Virus record (IMG/VR): IMGVR_UViG_3300044646_001937
Location: 62,001-126,000 of that record
Length of the DNA stretch: 64,000 nt
Direction: 5' to 3' (one strand)
Shown here one piece after another: positions 37,177-46,828 of the stretch. Made by a program: the position numbers and the translations under genes. Position 1 is the stretch's first letter; the number at the start of each line of letters is the position of its first letter. The notes under the pieces were generated by a model. That model was given only the letters and a program-made list of their open reading frames with translations. It was not told where the DNA came from and made no database searches.

Positions 37177-39027
37177 CTAGTCGATAGTACAAGCTCCGCC
37201 AGCACATGCAATTTCACCTTTGAAATCAGTGTTGTCTTTTCTTTCTTTGATGTCTTCGAAGCTGAAGTTTTCTGCTATTTGAGAAAACGCTTTATCCAGG
37301 ATTTCAAATACTTCCGGATGCGGGGGCTGGCTATAAGGCAAGTACTTATAATCTCCACCGTCATAAGGAATAAGACTAATCCCATAATACGAGTCCTTGT
37401 TTTCGATCATCCACTTCTTGATCGCCTCTTTTTCGTGTTCATGATAGTTGATTGTAAGGCTGATGTTGTGAGTGTTAACACCTTCGACGTGACCAGGCAC
37501 AATCCAATTATCGTACAATTTTTTAACACGCTCAAGACATTGTACGGCAGTTTCTTGAGATCTGAGTAGTGTGGTGTCATAGAGTTTTACAGGTACCTGC
37601 ATGATCATGTCGTTGCTGTTGAAAGGATCATCAACAACAAAGGCAGGAAATCGCTTGGCCAAGGCCTTAGCAAGAGCGCTGAACTTATCCATGCGCACTC
37701 GCCTAATATATCTGATCTCATGTCCCGCATGTACGCCCGCTGTGGTTCCCAGCCAGCTGCTGCTTGTGCCGCTAGGTTTGGTTGTAGTGATTCTCCTAGC
37801 TGGCTTGATGCCGAGCTTAGCTGCCCACTCTCTATTAATTTCGACAGAAAGTTTTGCTCCGTCTTGCAGGTTTTCATTAGTGAGAATTTGCTGATTTTCA
37901 GCCTGACCAGTGATCGATACACCGAGAAGTGACTCGTCCTCTGCATTTTCTTTCCATCCTGGGTGAACATATTTAAAGTCTGTGTATGATGCTTGTAGGG
38001 TTCCTATGATTGTAGCAGCTTCTACTGCTTGAAGCCACTCTTCTCTAGAAAAGCATTTGGCTGCGTTGATTTCTGTCAGGTTACATACTCCTCGCGACTT
38101 CAATGCAATTTCATGGCAAGGGTTAAAGCCGAGGTCATCGCTGTCACCAGTAAGCGACAACCCCGGCTCAGCTTGCCCTCCGTCGAAGCATGCCTGTATG
38201 ATATAAGCGGCTTTGCTGGCAAACTCAGGATCGTCTTTTCTTAAGACTGCACTGTTGTTTGCTCTTGCTAGCTCTGGGTATTTCTCCCACCAGTTGCCTG
38301 CCTTGCAGTGAACAAGCTCTTGTTCATCTGCATCAAAAAGACTAATCAATGCACCTCTACGTACTCCACCTACAACAACGCAATCTGCTACAAGACAGCA
38401 GATTCTATGACATTCAAAAGGAGTAAGCTTGCGTCCTTCAGATTTCCTAAGAATTGCTCTTACGTTTGCATGCATCTTGATCAATGCCTTAGGTCCGCTA
38501 GATGTTCCTCCTGTACTCAACGGACTGCCCATAGGGCGAATTTGAGTGTAGTCAAATTGAAGGTCAGGATTGGTAAACAACGCCACTAAAGAATCACACC
38601 AACCTTCTGCAGAATCTTCGATGATATATGGAGCCACAACAAAGCCTTCAGGTACAAGGTCTAGCTGTGATACATGGCGCTTCTTTACACTGAAGCCTAC
38701 CCCCGCGCCGCTCATACTCATGTAAAAAAGATCAGCGAAGTCTTTTACAGAAGTAATGTTTAGGAAGCTGCAGTTGTACATGCGGTTGTGTCTACGCTCA
38801 ATAGCCTCACCTGCAAACTGAAAGCTCCTCATGCTAGGAACTACCCTGCCAGCAAAAACCTGTTCATATGCCTTTGAGATTTCTTTCTCAAGATTTGGAA
38901 ACTTCTTAACATGCATATCTAGGTTACGCTTGATAGTTTCCTCTTTGGTTTCTCTTCTCTGTTCTTCAGGAAGATACTTTGCATAGGTGCGATAGTGAAC
39001 GATTTTTGATAGAAATTCTTTACTCAT
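37177..39027 (-). CDS. nrdJ: class II adenosylcobalamin-dependent ribonucleotide reductase, monomeric RTPR type
   Basis: RMYNC, GGVRRGA, NPCHEI, CNLTEIN, KPSGT, C-terminal CAGGAC; no small subunit nearby. Confidence 0.9.
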   Translation of the reverse strand: MSKEFLSKIVHYRTYAKYLPEEQRRETKEETIKRNLDMHVKKFPNLEKEISKAYEQVFAGRVVPSMRSFQFAGEAIERRHNRMYNCSFLNITSVKDFADLFYMSMSGAGVGFSVKKRHVSQLDLVPEGFVVAPYIIEDSAEGWCDSLVALFTNPDLQFDYTQIRPMGSPLSTGGTSSGPKALIKMHANVRAILRKSEGRKLTPFECHRICCLVADCVVVGGVRRGALISLFDADEQELVHCKAGNWWEKYPELARANNSAVLRKDDPEFASKAAYIIQACFDGGQAEPGLSLTGDSDDLGFNPCHEIALKSRGVCNLTEINAAKCFSREEWLQAVEAATIIGTLQASYTDFKYVHPGWKENAEDESLLGVSITGQAENQQILTNENLQDGAKLSVEINREWAAKLGIKPARRITTTKPSGTSSSWLGTTAGVHAGHEIRYIRRVRMDKFSALAKALAKRFPAFVVDDPFNSNDMIMQVPVKLYDTTLLRSQETAVQCLERVKKLYDNWIVPGHVEGVNTHNISLTINYHEHEKEAIKKWMIENKDSYYGISLIPYDGGDYKYLPYSQPPHPEVFEILDKAFSQIAENFSFEDIKERKDNTDFKGEIACAGGACTID

Positions 39028-39138
39028 ATTGTTTTTTATTTGTTTGTATAGGTTTACCTAACCTAACATTTATAGTACCAAAATAACTGTTTAGCCTACA
39101 GAAAATTAGTTTTCGATACGATATATTTATATCTTGCC

Positions 39139-39585
39139 TTATCTCTGTCCAAGTATATAGGGCTGACTTAACGACAATTGCCTGATGACTATTCCCATAT
39201 CCAGGGCTCTAGTCAATGAAGAATGATCTCTATGGTAGAGTTGGTCGTAGATTACTTCTTTCACACCATGTTCAGCTATGAGATCTAGGCATTTGCTGCA
39301 CGGAAGCATGGTCACATAAAGATAGTGAATGCTATCTTTTTCAGCATATTTCAAGCAGTTGAATTCTGCATGTATGACAAAAGGTCTGCGTGCATCTCTA
39401 TCAGACCAATCTAGCTCTACTCCAGGCAGAGCACCATTATACCCTGTGGCTATGGTACTTCTGTCTTTTCTAAATGCTGCAGCTCCTACGCTGATGTAAG
39501 GGTCTGGAGATCTTTGACTTGCTGCATAAGCGAGCAGCATTCCGTATTCATCCCAATTTGGACGGGGCTTTTCTGAATTATTCAT
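39139..39585 (-). CDS. dCMP deaminase (ComEB/Dctd family)
   Basis: TGYNG, HAEFN, PCSKC zinc motifs. Confidence 0.9.
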   Translation of the reverse strand: MNNSEKPRPNWDEYGMLLAYAASQRSPDPYISVGAAAFRKDRSTIATGYNGALPGVELDWSDRDARRPFVIHAEFNCLKYAEKDSIHYLYVTMLPCSKCLDLIAEHGVKEVIYDQLYHRDHSSLTRALDMGIVIRQLSLSQPYILGQR

Positions 39586-39591
39586 GAGTGC

Positions 39592-39780
39592 TTACGCTAG
39601 CACTTCGTAAGCAGCCCTGCAAAGATTTTTTAGCAGATGTTCCATTTCCTCGTCATCTACTCTATCAAAGTTATGAAACGTTGGACGCTCGCCATCGAAA
39701 TCAACTTTAAGCACACAGGAGCCATCATATACGATGGTTATCTGGTCTGTGTCTGTATTATAATCAAATTCGAATGTCAT
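39592..39780 (-). CDS. small acidic hypothetical protein
   Basis: 62 aa ORF in operon with dCMP deaminase. Confidence 0.6.
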   Translation of the reverse strand: MTFEFDYNTDTDQITIVYDGSCVLKVDFDGERPTFHNFDRVDDEEMEHLLKNLCRAAYEVLA

Positions 39781-39824
39781 CTGCGTTGTTGTGTTTTGAA
39801 TAACTTTCTAATAATATATCTAAT

Positions 39825-40517
39825 ATGCCTAGTTCTAAACAAGAAAAAATAACTAAACTTAAGGAATATTTTAGGAACATGCGTTTGGACGCATCTGTGA
39901 TGGGAAGGACTCTAGGAAGCTCATCTTCATATGTTTCGCCTCAAATAATGCTAGATACCACCAAGAAGCTGCTGGATGTGTTTGGTAGAAAGGTTGAACC
40001 TGATGATCGTGATAACGTCATCTTTTCCAAGTTTATGGGGCCTGAAGATCATATTAGAGAACATATTGAGCATGATGCAGGTAAGATTCAATTTAAAGCA
40101 AAGTCTAAGCTAAGACAAAAAAGAAACCTGTCATGGTTGCATGCAGGCTTCTTTTCTCCTCAGGTAAAATCTGTTTTTGTAGGTAACTCATTAAGTCAAA
40201 ATATTGAGGGTGTAAATCCGATGGAGCAGTATATGCTTGCACATAAAGTTACCAAAATGGGTGAGGGCGGTATCGGTTCTACTGAGGCTATTCCAGAATC
40301 TTCTAGAGAGGTAAATGAGTCTCAGTTTGGTTTACTTGACCCTATTCAAACAGTAGAGGCAACGACCATCGGGGTAGTAAATTTTTTCGTACATAATACC
40401 AGAAAAGGTACTGATGGAAAACTTTACAGACAGGTAATTGATAATGCTACTGGCAAGCCTGTATGGATTGATCATCATGAGTTTCTTTCTTCGGTTATAG
40501 ATATTCCTGAGCATTAG
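39825..40517 (+). CDS. RNA polymerase beta subunit, middle fragment (rifampicin region, fork loop)
   Basis: [19 protein letters not shown] ~ [42 protein letters not shown] ~ [23 protein letters not shown]. Confidence 0.85.
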   Translation: [230 protein letters not shown]

Positions 40518-41023
40518 TCTTTTGTTACTGGTCCCCACTTGCCTACAGGACATTTTTCTGTGGCTAGGTGCAGCTTTGCTGAAGTGCATCCGCATTGCTT
40601 GCATTTACCCATACCCATGTTTCCATCTTTATCCCAGAATGGGCAGCTATCGCAAATACTTTTTCGAAGCTCGTAAACTTCTTTAGTTGCTATAGGCATT
40701 CCGTTAGACACCCAATTTTTCATAGACCCTGCAAAGTTTTTAATTGGGCGCAGCACTGAATTGTCCACCTCAGTATCAGGAGTATCAGGTGAAGCTTCTT
40801 CTACTACTTGCAGCGTATTGCCCGCAGCTTTCTCACTATCTTTTTGCTTGTATTTAGCTACAATCATGTCTGCTTTTTTTCTAGATACAATGAAGACGTC
40901 ATCAAGCCAAACACCTTCAGCTTGTATCTCTTCTGCAAAGTCTGGTGCATGCAATTTATGCCTCTCCATAAGTTCTCTAGGGACATGCACGAAAGATTGC
41001 GCTATTTTTTGTTCAGGATGCAT
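40514..41023 (-). CDS. protein with C-terminal Cys cluster
   Basis: CDSCPF...CKQCGC...KCPVGKW. Confidence 0.65.
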   Translation of the reverse strand: MHPEQKIAQSFVHVPRELMERHKLHAPDFAEEIQAEGVWLDDVFIVSRKKADMIVAKYKQKDSEKAAGNTLQVVEEASPDTPDTEVDNSVLRPIKNFAGSMKNWVSNGMPIATKEVYELRKSICDSCPFWDKDGNMGMGKCKQCGCTSAKLHLATEKCPVGKWGPVTKD

Positions 41024-41027
41024 ATGA

Positions 41028-42827
41028 TTAGGGGTATTTAGTGTTATCTAAGGTGTAATCGTATTGATATGTATTTTTGTTAGCCCCAATTTCACGGTCA
41101 GGATTTTCTTTTGTGCCGCAAAGTTTTCCTAGGGTGAAAGAAGGAATATTGCAAAAATTATTTTTAAGACCTATAGCTCTGGAGTTGTAGGTAAAATAGT
41201 CAAATCCAAATGTCGGTATTTTGAAGGTGCCTGTGTGATCGTCATCCACATACAAACTAATATATTTTGGGTCTTTGCTTGTGGTTGCTTCTGTTTCTGT
41301 TTGCGGAATTTTAATGCCGACGTAGCCCGGAAAAAAGCACATAGTATCCTCTAAAGGAGTTACCGCTCTTAGTAAGTAAAATACCTCACACGCACCACTA
41401 ATACAAGTCACATCTTCTGCAGTTAATGTTACTCTTTTTGTTATTTTTTTAATTGGTCTTTTTGCGTAATACCAATCATATACATCCTTACACTTATTAG
41501 TATCTTCTACAAACTTATATATACCAGTGCAGTAGTTAGTCTCTCCATCATGATATTTTTCTACTTCTAAATTATATGTTTTTAAACAATCCGTACAACA
41601 GCAGCCTTTCAAGAAAGAAATTTTATCGCATCCTCCTTCTTCTGACGACCAAACAACGTTATCTCCACTATGTTCAAGCGTTTGGAAGACGTAATAATAT
41701 TCGTACCACCACCAGTCAATATTACCCTCAGAGTCGCCGTCTTGAGGACCAGGCATGTAGCCGTGGCAACTGTAAGCATCTTCAGGAGGACAAGAAGTCC
41801 ATGAATCTGTGTTATTGTCTGGTCCGTCGCAATCTCCGGAAATTTCAAAAACAGCTCTTTTTTTAGTTATGCGATCATATTTGCAAAAATCATCTCTGCC
41901 ATCATAATATTGTCCGTTTTTTTTAGGAATTTCCAGCAATTCATATATCTCATCAGTAAGTTTTGAGGCATCATTCTCGAGCTGTTCTTTTTGTTCCTTT
42001 GTCATAGGGATCCTATAATCACTTACCAAGTTAGCTGCAGCGCTCGTAAATGTTGAAGATCCTGTAGCCCCTACGATGCTACCTGAACCGTCTATTATGT
42101 AATAACCAGTAGACCCGTAACTGCCAGAAGGGCCTGAAGATCCCACGGGTGCTGACGCGCCTATTACTCCAGAAGATCCATCAGGTACTTTACGTAAAAA
42201 GTCATAAATAGACTGAGCCTCATTTATTTTAGGTAGCACTCTAGTTAGGTTGGGTAGCATTTCCTCGTGGGCTTGCTGGTAATTTTGAACAATGACCATT
42301 TCAATAGGCTGAAACCTGGTGTTTGATGGATACCTTATCTCAATTTCTATCTCACAAGACCAATCTGTATTTTCTTTATGACTGATTGGGCATCCGCACG
42401 TCATACAATCCTGGTACTTGTCTATGACAATTGTAGGAGGTATAGAAGGATCGTATGAATCAATTATATTAGAAACTCCTCCAGTGTTTTGTCCCCAGCG
42501 GTTAGGTGGGAGTACATTTGTAGCTCCAGTACCACCAATTGTGTAATCGGGTCCACCGTAAGAAGCTCCACTGCTTCCACTGCTTCCACTGCTTCCCGGG
42601 ATACCGAAATACCAACCTGTGGCTCCGGTTGGTTCAGTGCCATCTATCCTTCTTCCGTCTGCATCATACTTTGGTTCTATTTTTGGTCCGCAGTATTTGC
42701 AGTCTGCAAGGTACAAGAGATTTTTAAAAAGAGCAGTAGCTCCAGTACTGCCTGTAGATCCTCCTGTGGCTCCTGTGCCTCCAATTGTATAATCTATTAT
42801 TCCGCTAAATGATGAGGCGCCTGTCAT
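41028..42827 (-). CDS. Cys-rich protein with GATG/GSSG linkers (putative virion appendage)
   Basis: 599 aa; CKYC, CMTCGC, CCCTDC; repeated GATG. Confidence 0.6.
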   Translation of the reverse strand: MTGASSFSGIIDYTIGGTGATGGSTGSTGATALFKNLLYLADCKYCGPKIEPKYDADGRRIDGTEPTGATGWYFGIPGSSGSSGSSGASYGGPDYTIGGTGATNVLPPNRWGQNTGGVSNIIDSYDPSIPPTIVIDKYQDCMTCGCPISHKENTDWSCEIEIEIRYPSNTRFQPIEMVIVQNYQQAHEEMLPNLTRVLPKINEAQSIYDFLRKVPDGSSGVIGASAPVGSSGPSGSYGSTGYYIIDGSGSIVGATGSSTFTSAAANLVSDYRIPMTKEQKEQLENDASKLTDEIYELLEIPKKNGQYYDGRDDFCKYDRITKKRAVFEISGDCDGPDNNTDSWTSCPPEDAYSCHGYMPGPQDGDSEGNIDWWWYEYYYVFQTLEHSGDNVVWSSEEGGCDKISFLKGCCCTDCLKTYNLEVEKYHDGETNYCTGIYKFVEDTNKCKDVYDWYYAKRPIKKITKRVTLTAEDVTCISGACEVFYLLRAVTPLEDTMCFFPGYVGIKIPQTETEATTSKDPKYISLYVDDDHTGTFKIPTFGFDYFTYNSRAIGLKNNFCNIPSFTLGKLCGTKENPDREIGANKNTYQYDYTLDNTKYP

Positions 42828-42830
42828 AGT

Positions 42831-45395
42831 CTAGGCAATATTTTTGGGTACACCAGCAAAAGGATTATCATATCCGGTGGCATTGTTCCAGGGAGGAGGA
42901 GCCTCGGTGGATGCTCCTGAAGTTCCTTTATTTCCTGTAAAGCTGGTGGCTCCCACTGAGCCGTAAGCACGAAACTCCTTTTTATCTTTATCATAAAAGC
43001 CAAGCTTACCATCCTTCATTGTAAATGTTGCGCTAGCTCCTGAAGAGCCTTCATACCAATTAGTTTTTGTGGGTTCAGGAAATGCTAGAGTATAGAATAT
43101 TCTTTTTTTACCCTGACCATCACACATCATGATTGGATACCACTTAGGTTCGGATCCGGCAGGCACGATAGGCATATCCCACAATTTTCCGTCAGCTCTA
43201 GCTATCTGCATGTTTTTAAGGCCTGTTATTGTGCCTTTACACATATCAATCATCATGCCGTTTTCTGTACAACATGGATTTTGTGCAGGATATATGTTGT
43301 TTACAAATAGATCACGCAGCTCGATAGCAAGTCTTTTTCTTCTATTAGGTCTTACAAGCGCACCGGTGGCTCCCCCTGTATGTGCGACCCATTTTCTTTG
43401 CGCAGCACTCCAAACCTGGCCATGAGGCGAAACAGGTTTATCGTCTACGCATCCAAAATTACACCCACCATTACCGCTGCTTATTGTCCCGCCAGCACCA
43501 CCTCCACCACCTCCACCACCACCTCCGCCACCACCTCCGCCACCACCTCCGCCACCACCTCCGCCACCACCTCCGCCACCACCTCCGCCACCACCTCCGC
43601 CACCACCTCCGCCACCTCCAGAATCAGTTCCTCCGTTACCTGCGCCGTCACTTCCGCTAGTTCCAGGTAAACATCCTCCAGTTATTGCATTGCCGCCATA
43701 AATATCTCCAGCGCCATCTTCATTGTCGTCAAAATCCATGAAAATATCGACATGCGGAGTGGCCATTAAATATACAGATTTACCACAACCGCGTGGAGTT
43801 CCTGGAGCATTTTCGGCTACTGCAGAAACTTTAAAACAGCCACGACCAACGCTGCCGTCAGCTCCATATATGGTGATTGTACTTGCCTGTTTAGGTTGAT
43901 AAGGAAAATCTAAGTAAATTTCAGAGCATAAATCCGTATAGTAATTGTTACGGATAAGACTTCCACATGCAGGATATTCGTAATTAGTTGTATCACTTAC
44001 CTGCTGAATTGTAGGTGGTGGAGAATATTTGAGTCCTTGAACTCTCTGCCTACCTACCACCGCTCCTGCAGAGTTTACAAAGCTAATATTTAACTCTCTC
44101 AGTCCATCAAGAGTTACACCTGGTACAGCACCATGAATACCGTATACATTACCATTAAGTACTGCATCATTGTATTTAGCCACCGCCACAGGGTCATTCT
44201 GAAAATCAACAGGCAATGTAAGTGAGACTAGTTGTTTAACTTGGTACCAATTAGTCTGATATTCTATCGGATATGTGGGACATGCCTGGATTTCCATATC
44301 TCCTCTTATCTCTACACCACATACAGGATTTTCGTCAGTAGTAGGTGCAAGTATGGAATATTTTGGCGTATGCTCTTTTACTGCGCGACCATAGATTGAG
44401 CTTTTATCAGAGTACCGTAATTCTTTACAACCTGGATTAGGTATATTGAACTCGATGTCTCCATCAAGTTCCAAACTGCAATCAGGAGCACCATTTCCTT
44501 TAGCAAGCGTTATAGGTTTATTTATTTTAACATATTTAGAGTCGCCAGTGATGCTTACCTCTCCATCAATAGCAACATCCGAACATGCCTCAATTTCTGC
44601 TGAATAGCTAAAATCAAATCCACAAGAATTTTTATCATTAACGTTTAACGTAGACTTTTGTTTTTTAACAACTTTTCCTGTAAGATTGATTGCGTTGGTA
44701 GCTTGAAATTCTTCACATACATCTGCGTTAAAAAAACCAGTCATTGTCAATTGACATGGATTTTGATTGATTGCACTCAACTCAAGATTAGAACCTTTGA
44801 ATGCATCTGAAAACTGTATGTTATTATTGATTGTGTAATAGGGACAACCGTCATACTGAATATCTCCTACCAGGGCGACTCCGCAATCTTCAACAGTAAC
44901 TAAATTTAAGCTACCGGATAATGACTCTCCAAAGTTAACTGCAGATTCTGTGATTATCCTATCGCAGGCTTCAATATCAAATTTACCTGTAACTCTAAGA
45001 CTGCAATCATTAGGCGCATCGTCTGTTAATGCCTCATCATCTGACGAGCCTGGCTTTACTGGCCCGCTAGCCTCAATAACTAAAAAACTGTTCTTTGCTG
45101 CCAGATGTAAAAACTGAATGTCGGCGCTAGCTCCAAACTTTTCGCACGCAGGAAAGGGTTTTACTGGAGGCGGGTAATAGGTAGGCGGAATACCTAGCGT
45201 GTCAGGAAATTCATATGTACAAGAAGGCTCTAGATCAATTAGCGGAGTTTCAGGTAATGTTAATGTAAAAGTAATTCCAGGAGGTAGAGCACAATCGCTT
45301 GCTTGTGATGTTGCAGAGCGAGGAACATATTCCGCAAAGTACTTTGGATCATCTTTGCCTAGGTTAATTGAATCTGGATCTATTTCTAAAGACAT
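42831..45395 (-). CDS. Cys-pair repeat protein with 41-Gly linker (putative virion appendage)
   Basis: Six C-x12(-16)-C repeats; Gly41. Confidence 0.65.
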   Translation of the reverse strand: MSLEIDPDSINLGKDDPKYFAEYVPRSATSQASDCALPPGITFTLTLPETPLIDLEPSCTYEFPDTLGIPPTYYPPPVKPFPACEKFGASADIQFLHLAAKNSFLVIEASGPVKPGSSDDEALTDDAPNDCSLRVTGKFDIEACDRIITESAVNFGESLSGSLNLVTVEDCGVALVGDIQYDGCPYYTINNNIQFSDAFKGSNLELSAINQNPCQLTMTGFFNADVCEEFQATNAINLTGKVVKKQKSTLNVNDKNSCGFDFSYSAEIEACSDVAIDGEVSITGDSKYVKINKPITLAKGNGAPDCSLELDGDIEFNIPNPGCKELRYSDKSSIYGRAVKEHTPKYSILAPTTDENPVCGVEIRGDMEIQACPTYPIEYQTNWYQVKQLVSLTLPVDFQNDPVAVAKYNDAVLNGNVYGIHGAVPGVTLDGLRELNISFVNSAGAVVGRQRVQGLKYSPPPTIQQVSDTTNYEYPACGSLIRNNYYTDLCSEIYLDFPYQPKQASTITIYGADGSVGRGCFKVSAVAENAPGTPRGCGKSVYLMATPHVDIFMDFDDNEDGAGDIYGGNAITGGCLPGTSGSDGAGNGGTDSGGGGGGGGGGGGGGGGGGGGGGGGGGGGGGGGGGGGGGGGGAGGTISSGNGGCNFGCVDDKPVSPHGQVWSAAQRKWVAHTGGATGALVRPNRRKRLAIELRDLFVNNIYPAQNPCCTENGMMIDMCKGTITGLKNMQIARADGKLWDMPIVPAGSEPKWYPIMMCDGQGKKRIFYTLAFPEPTKTNWYEGSSGASATFTMKDGKLGFYDKDKKEFRAYGSVGATSFTGNKGTSGASTEAPPPWNNATGYDNPFAGVPKNIA
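43519..43614. repeat. 8 perfect copies of the 12-mer CCACCTCCGCCA (poly-Gly on minus strand)
   Basis: Counted directly; Gly codons span 43497-43619. Confidence 0.95.
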
Positions 45396-45730
45396 TAGAG
45401 TAATCTATTGAAGATGGTATAGAAAAGCAATGTTAAAGGACTTATAATCATTGCTTCTACTGAAAGGCTTGAACAAGAAGCCATAAAGCCAAGCCAAAAA
45501 CTTACGCAAACAGGACAGATTAAAAGTCTGACAATAAAACTTTCTGAGTAGTATTCATTCAGAAAGTCTGTGTATGTGCCGCTGTATCCTTCTTTGTGTA
45601 CATTATTATAATCAACAACATGAAAGAATCTATCTAATCTAAACAAGGTCATGTATTCTACAAACGCATTTGTTCTAAGCCAAATGAGTAAGAGATAACC
45701 TAGAAAGAAGGATACAGCTGCAATGCGCAT
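45395..45730 (-). CDS. small membrane protein with CPVC motif (DUF1360-like)
   Basis: Hydrophobic helices; LICPVCVSFW. Confidence 0.55.
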   Translation of the reverse strand: MRIAAVSFFLGYLLLIWLRTNAFVEYMTLFRLDRFFHVVDYNNVHKEGYSGTYTDFLNEYYSESFIVRLLICPVCVSFWLGFMASCSSLSVEAMIISPLTLLFYTIFNRLL

Positions 45731-45731
45731 A

Positions 45732-46025
45732 CTATCCGGCTTTTTCCAATTCAGTGATACGCTTTTCCAGCTCTAGAAGTAGATTGCGCTGGGCTACTGT
45801 AGCAATACGCATGCTTTGAAGCCTATTCAACTGATCTGTAAGCTTACGGATATTTTCATCCTGCTCAGCAAGATTGGTATCTGCCTGCCTAAGACCATCC
45901 GCCACTAGCAATAGTGACACATGTTTTTGATCTACGTCTGTTTCAGTTACGATTGGTAACTCTACTCGCTGTGGGGTTTCTGTTTCTGTACTCATTGTGG
46001 TTTCTGTTGTTTGTTGTGGTTCCAT
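45732..46025 (-). CDS. coiled-coil hypothetical protein
   Basis: 97 aa, heptad pattern. Confidence 0.65.
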   Translation of the reverse strand: MEPQQTTETTMSTETETPQRVELPIVTETDVDQKHVSLLLVADGLRQADTNLAEQDENIRKLTDQLNRLQSMRIATVAQRNLLLELEKRITELEKAG

Positions 46026-46192
46026 TACTCTAACGCATTGTTGTCGGTTAATAATTCTTTGATCTCTGCCTGGATGCGCTTTACTTCTTCGTTGTGGGCT
46101 TTAACCACATCTCGTTTGTTTCTTTTAGCGACTTCCAGATCAATTACGAGGTTGTAAATTTTCTGTTCCTTAGTTGTTTCTTGTTCAGGCAT
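46025..46192 (-). CDS. 55-aa coiled-coil protein (not in ORF track)
   Basis: MPEQETTKEQKIYNLVIDLEVAKRNKRDVVKAHNEEVKRIQAEIKELLTDNNALE; TAATG overlap with the next gene. Confidence 0.7.
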   Translation of the reverse strand: MPEQETTKEQKIYNLVIDLEVAKRNKRDVVKAHNEEVKRIQAEIKELLTDNNALE

Positions 46193-46229
46193 AATGACTT
46201 ATTGTTTTGAGTAGTTGCTACTCTTAATA

Positions 46230-46258
46230 ACAATACGACATACTAAAAAAGGCTGCAA
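46230..46258 (-). promoter_or_regulatory. sigma70-like promoter
   Basis: TTGCAG-17-TATTGT. Confidence 0.55.
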
Positions 46259-46269
46259 GGGATTTTAGC

Positions 46270-46300
46270 AAAAAAAAAGACGCAGCTTTTGGCTGCGCCT
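46270..46300 (-). terminator. intrinsic terminator
   Basis: AGGCGCAGC-CAAAA-GCTGCGTCT plus T-run on the minus strand. Confidence 0.8.
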
Positions 46301-46327
46301 CTTTTTATTCTAACTAGATATTCAGGA

Positions 46328-46828
46328 TTAGACTGTGCCGGTAGCTCCGGTAGAGCCCTTGACTCCTGTTGCTCCAGTTGCTCCAACTGCTCCGGTTGCG
46401 CCAATGATGTTTTCATCACCAGAAGCTGTACCGCCGCTTGCTCCAGTGTTGACTGTCACCTTAAGCAAGTCGCCTTGGGTAAGGTCAGTGCCTGGACGCC
46501 CTGTACCACGCACGTATTCAATCACATAGCTGATGTCTTTTTTCTCTGTAGCTCTTAGTGTTAATGGTGCGCTAAGATCAGTGCCAGGAAGAACATAAAG
46601 TTCTGCTGGGTTAGTTGTGTGAACAATAATGGTAGCTCTGATGATGTCTCCAGCGGGTACATCAGAAAACACAAGCGTGTCTCCATTAGCATAATCGAGT
46701 TCATCAATTACACCGTAGCTAACCTGAAGCTTCTCATAGCGAGAGCTCTTCAGTCCACCCACGTCTTTAGCTGTGGGTGTTCCTGGCACATTTACTGCAA
46801 CTTTCTTAACTGAGATATTTTTAGGCAT
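46328..46828 (-). CDS. putative virion protein with C-terminal GAT collagen tail
   Basis: Ends [24 protein letters not shown]. Confidence 0.65.
   Translation of the reverse strand: MPKNISVKKVAVNVPGTPTAKDVGGLKSSRYEKLQVSYGVIDELDYANGDTLVFSDVPAGDIIRATIIVHTTNPAELYVLPGTDLSAPLTLRATEKKDISYVIEYVRGTGRPGTDLTQGDLLKVTVNTGASGGTASGDENIIGATGAVGATGATGVKGSTGATGTV

Noticed and set aside
37177-39027. Class I RNR alpha subunit
   Set aside because: Short RTPR-like sequence with CAGGAC tail, no nrdB nearby, adjacent pduO.
43380-43670. ORFs with LRHH and SATT repeats
   Set aside because: Opposite-strand readings of the poly-Gly 12-mer.
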